Source: Thermoproteota archaeon (lineage in GTDB: Archaea > Asgardarchaeota > Jordiarchaeia > Jordiarchaeales > Freyrarchaeaceae). From it: a DNA stretch of 64,000 bases. Under the pieces are notes generated by a model. It worked only from the letters and a program-made list of their open reading frames with translations, did no database searches and had not been told where the DNA came from. Of the stretch, positions 61,169-64,000 are shown piece by piece; position 1 is the stretch's first letter; each line of letters opens with the position of its first letter. The translations under genes were made by a program, and so were the position numbers. Location of the stretch: assembly GCA_029258835.1 (NCBI GenBank), contig JAPDJY010000008.1, positions 1 to 64,000 of the forward strand. Reading direction: 5' to 3'.

Positions 61169-61537
61169 TTGTCAAAGCCGCATGTTCGTTTTAAAACTCC
61201 TAGTGAGCTAGCTTCAAAGGCATTAGAAGCCGTTGAAATCGCCCGTGATACTGGGAAGGTGAAACGAGGCACAAATGAGACTACTAAAGCCGTCGAAAGA
61301 GGATTAGCAAAACTAGTAGTTATAGCCGAAAACGTTGACCCGCCGGAAATCGTAATGCACCTTCCTCTCCTATGCGAGGAAAAGGGCGTACCTTACATAT
61401 ATGTTCCAAGCAAAGAGGATTTAGGCGTCTCAGCAGGTATAGACAGGCCGGCAGCATCAGTATGCATTATTAATCCTGGTCAAGCGGAGCAGCTCGTGAA
61501 GGACTTAGCCGAAAAAATAGCTGAAATTAAGGGTTGA
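61169..61537 (+). CDS. rpl7ae: 50S ribosomal protein L7Ae (kink-turn binding).
   Basis: The sequence …[41 protein letters not shown]… matches L7Ae. A TTG start follows a GAAGGAGGG Shine-Dalgarno sequence. Confidence 0.9.
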   Translation: MSKPHVRFKTPSELASKALEAVEIARDTGKVKRGTNETTKAVERGLAKLVVIAENVDPPEIVMHLPLLCEEKGVPYIYVPSKEDLGVSAGIDRPAASVCIINPGQAEQLVKDLAEKIAEIKG

Positions 61538-61552
61538 ACCCCTATTTCCTGC

Positions 61553-63151
61553 CTAATCCTTCAATTTTTTGGAAACGTATACCCCGTCTCTTCTGTATCC
61601 ATGCTTATAATAGTATTCCTTTGCTCCAAGACCTGATAGCACTAGGATTTTTCTTGCATCGTAGTCTTCCCTCGCCACCCTCTCAGCCTCTTCCAATAGT
61701 TTACTTCCATACCCTTTATGTTGCCACGCATCATTAACCCGTTCACCAAGAGGAACTAACGGCCCATAAACGTGAAGCTCCCGCACCACTACGGATTCTG
61801 TCTTTGTAATTTCCGGCCTATGAGCCTTCTCTGAAGGCCGCCTTAACCTAATGAATCCTATGAGCGCCCGCCGATCTAACGTTTCATAGGAAATGAATGC
61901 TTCCTCCCCCTCCGAAGCCGGGTACTTCTCTACATACAGTTTTACCTCTTCATGTGATGGAGGTTTCCCTCCTCTCCGCAGATAATGCCCTACTTCCCTG
62001 CATCTTATACAGTTACACCTTTTCCCTTCCATTTGCAGCCTTTCTAAGACAAGTTCTCTAAGGTTGCTTTTTTTGACTCCATCTATTATGAGGTGGGCAG
62101 GTATGTCCCTCTGCACGCGCTGCACCCTAATCCAGTAAGGAATGGTCTTCTTGGCTTGGGCGATAACCTCTATAACGGTTTCAGTAGGGTATGGCTTATA
62201 CTCTCCTTTCAAATACATGTCATAAAGCTTCGTGCCCTTAAGCACGAGGCAAGGGTATATTTTTAGTCCATCCGGTTTAAAGCGTGAATCGTTAAAAATG
62301 GTTTTAAAGACGTTAACATCTAGCTCGGGGGTTGACCCAGGGAGGTTAGGCATAATGTGAGCGGTAACCTTTAAGCCAGCATCCTTTGCAATCCTAAATG
62401 CTTCCACTACGTCTTCTACGGTGTGCCCTCTCTGAATCAATTCGTATATCTCATCGTAAATAGTCTGTACGCCTATTTCCACTTTCGTCGCCCCTAGAAA
62501 CAGCATCCTGTCTACATGATACTCTCTACAGTAGTCGGGCCTAGTTTCAATCGTTATACCAACATTCCTTATCTCAGACCTTTCTGCTGCCTCCTTAGCT
62601 TCTTCTATGCCTAAGGAGTTCACCCCTGTAATAGCGTCTAAGCATCTCTTAACAAAGTAGTTTTGGTAGCTTTCTGGGGTAGCTAGGAACGTTCCTCCCA
62701 TTATCACCAGCTTAACCTTACTTCTATCGACGGGGTGCCCTATCCTTTCGAGCTGCTCCAGACGAGACCTAACCTGCATGTATGGATCATAATTGTTTTC
62801 TATGGCGCGCATCGTTGCGGGTTCACGGCCTGTGTAAGACTTTGGGACGCCTTCGCCTCCAGGACAGTATATGCACCTTCCCGGACACGGGAATGGAGGC
62901 GCCATAACCGCAATTATTAAAATGCCGGAAATAGAACGCGTCTCCTTCCTTCTAAGGACCCGAACCAGCCTCGCCTTCTCCTCCTCAGTAGCATAGGATA
63001 GAATTTTAACGTTACTGGGCACACTTCTTAATCCATACCTTGCACAGACTTGCCTTTTCACTTTCCTAAGTTCCTCACCTTTTAGCAGAAGATTAATAAT
63101 CTCCCTGCAAGCCTTCTCCTCAATAGATACCTCTTGGCTAACGGTGTACAT
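61553..63151 (-). CDS. elp3: Elp3-like radical-SAM/GNAT acetyltransferase.
   Basis: Radical-SAM CxxxCxxC (CPGRCIYC) and a C-terminal GNAT domain. The start is the ATG at 63151, with a GAGGGGTG Shine-Dalgarno sequence 7 nt upstream and a TATA box further upstream. Confidence 0.85.
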   Translation of the reverse strand: MYTVSQEVSIEEKACREIINLLLKGEELRKVKRQVCARYGLRSVPSNVKILSYATEEEKARLVRVLRRKETRSISGILIIAVMAPPFPCPGRCIYCPGGEGVPKSYTGREPATMRAIENNYDPYMQVRSRLEQLERIGHPVDRSKVKLVIMGGTFLATPESYQNYFVKRCLDAITGVNSLGIEEAKEAAERSEIRNVGITIETRPDYCREYHVDRMLFLGATKVEIGVQTIYDEIYELIQRGHTVEDVVEAFRIAKDAGLKVTAHIMPNLPGSTPELDVNVFKTIFNDSRFKPDGLKIYPCLVLKGTKLYDMYLKGEYKPYPTETVIEVIAQAKKTIPYWIRVQRVQRDIPAHLIIDGVKKSNLRELVLERLQMEGKRCNCIRCREVGHYLRRGGKPPSHEEVKLYVEKYPASEGEEAFISYETLDRRALIGFIRLRRPSEKAHRPEITKTESVVVRELHVYGPLVPLGERVNDAWQHKGYGSKLLEEAERVAREDYDARKILVLSGLGAKEYYYKHGYRRDGVYVSKKLKD

Positions 63152-63298
63152 TAACCGGCACCCCTCATAGTACTGTTCTCTTCGAAAGGGTAAAATATAA
63201 ACTCTTTGTGCTACACGGATTTTACTTTCATTGGTCATATTTATTACGTGATCTCTTCTTTAGGAGTTCTTGGAATTACCAAGCGCGAGGTGAACCCC

Positions 63299-64000
63299 TT
63301 GGACGTTTCAGCACGGGAAATCGATTATAAGGCAGTTGGCTTTAAAGCCGGCTTGGAAATACACCAGGAACTCCGTACCTCTCGTAAACTTTTCTGCCAC
63401 TGTCCACCCATACTTAGAAGCGATCCACCCCACTTTACCATTAGAAGGTTCTTCCGACCTGTCCTCGGAGAAATGGGCGAGTTTGATGCCGCTATGCTGG
63501 CAGAATACGAGAAAGGAAGAACGGTAATATATGAAGGATACAATGATACAACCTGTAGCTACGAAATAGACGAAACGTACATGTGAATTGCATGTACGCG
63601 TCAAACACCCCCATTCGAGATATCCACTGAAGCGCTTGAAATAGGGCTAGAACTAGCCCTCCTCCTGAAGGCTAACATTGTTGACGAACTTCACGTGTGC
63701 AGGAAAAATTATCTTGACGGCTCCGTACCATGCGGCTTTCAGCGCACTTTAGTTATAGGGTTAAACGGCAGGATCCCTGTAAATGGTAAAGAAGTCGGAA
63801 TCGAAACCATATGTATAGAGGAAGACGCTGCACGGAAGGTGAAAGAGGAGGGGAAAACAGTCTACTACAGGCTTGACCGGCTTGGAATACCACTAGTTGA
63901 GATAGTGACAAGTCCTGACATTGAAACACCAGAGGAACTCCTAGAAACCGCTTTCCGCATAGGCCTCCTCCTCAGAAGCACAGGAAAGGTGAAAAGAGGA
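63299..64000 (+). CDS. gatE: Glu-tRNA(Gln) amidotransferase subunit E, interrupted by a 30-nt putative BHB intron that carries an in-frame TGA. The CDS is join(63299..63574,63605..>64000) and is partial at the window end.
   Basis: N-terminal GatE motifs EIDYKAVGFKAGLEIHQEL…KLFCHCP…YNDTTCSYEIDET. A TGA follows at 63584. The same frame then continues PPFEISTEALEIGLELALLLKANIVDELHVCRKNYLDGS…. Homologues read …DET-PPxE… with no insert. Confidence 0.75.
63575..63604 (+). other. Putative mRNA mini-intron (relaxed BHB) within gatE.
   Basis: Central helix gacg(63569..63572):cgtc(63599..63602). Bulges aaa(63573..63575) and aaa(63603..63605). Perfect 8-bp intron hairpin cgtacatg:catgtacg with loop tgaattg. 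The predicted cuts remove 30 nt and give …DET|PPF…. Confidence 0.65.

Noticed and set aside
63584-63586. In-frame TGA in gatE, considered as selenocysteine or programmed read-through.
   Set aside because: The TGA sits inside a 30-nt segment that is an insertion relative to all GatE homologues and that folds as a BHB intron. There is no SECIS-like element, and Thermoproteales lack a Sec machinery.
1-64000. CRISPR arrays, IS elements or transposases, and integrases.
   Set aside because: There are no regularly spaced direct repeats, no terminal inverted repeats, and no transposase- or integrase-like ORFs on either strand.

Overview
This window is a 64 kb chromosomal segment from a hyperthermophilic crenarchaeon, probably Thermoproteales and Thermofilum-like. 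Supporting that assignment: an archaeal histone, LysW-mediated lysine/arginine biosynthesis, Shine-Dalgarno-led genes with frequent GTG/TTG starts, and intron-rich tRNAs. Gene content is mostly housekeeping. The main findings: (1) Two conserved protein-coding genes, pcm and gatE, are each interrupted by a tiny insertion of 25 and 30 nt. Each insertion folds into the same relaxed bulge-helix-bulge (BHB) motif as the non-canonical intron in the tRNA-Lys gene of this window: a 4-bp helix, 3-nt bulges, and an intron hairpin. The predicted endonuclease cut sites, between the 2nd and 3rd bulge nucleotides, restore the reading frame and the conserved protein motifs exactly. I interpret these as candidate mRNA mini-introns spliced by the tRNA splicing endonuclease. 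(2) A tRNA-Pro(GGG) gene carries about 110 nt of multiple introns. (3) A MoaD/SAMP-like carrier protein is translationally coupled to an MtaB-type tRNA methylthiotransferase and sits next to a HypB-like GTPase that has lost the metal-binding His. (4) An AT-rich patch beside the tRNA-Pro holds two frameshifted small genes. (5) A GC-rich 270-nt segment between convergent genes is a candidate structured ncRNA. (6) Several unusual domain fusions: a KaiC-like domain fused to V4R, a ChlI ATPase fused to vWA, and a membrane HerA/FtsK-like ATPase with a winged helix-turn-helix (wHTH). No CRISPR array, no IS element and no intein was seen.
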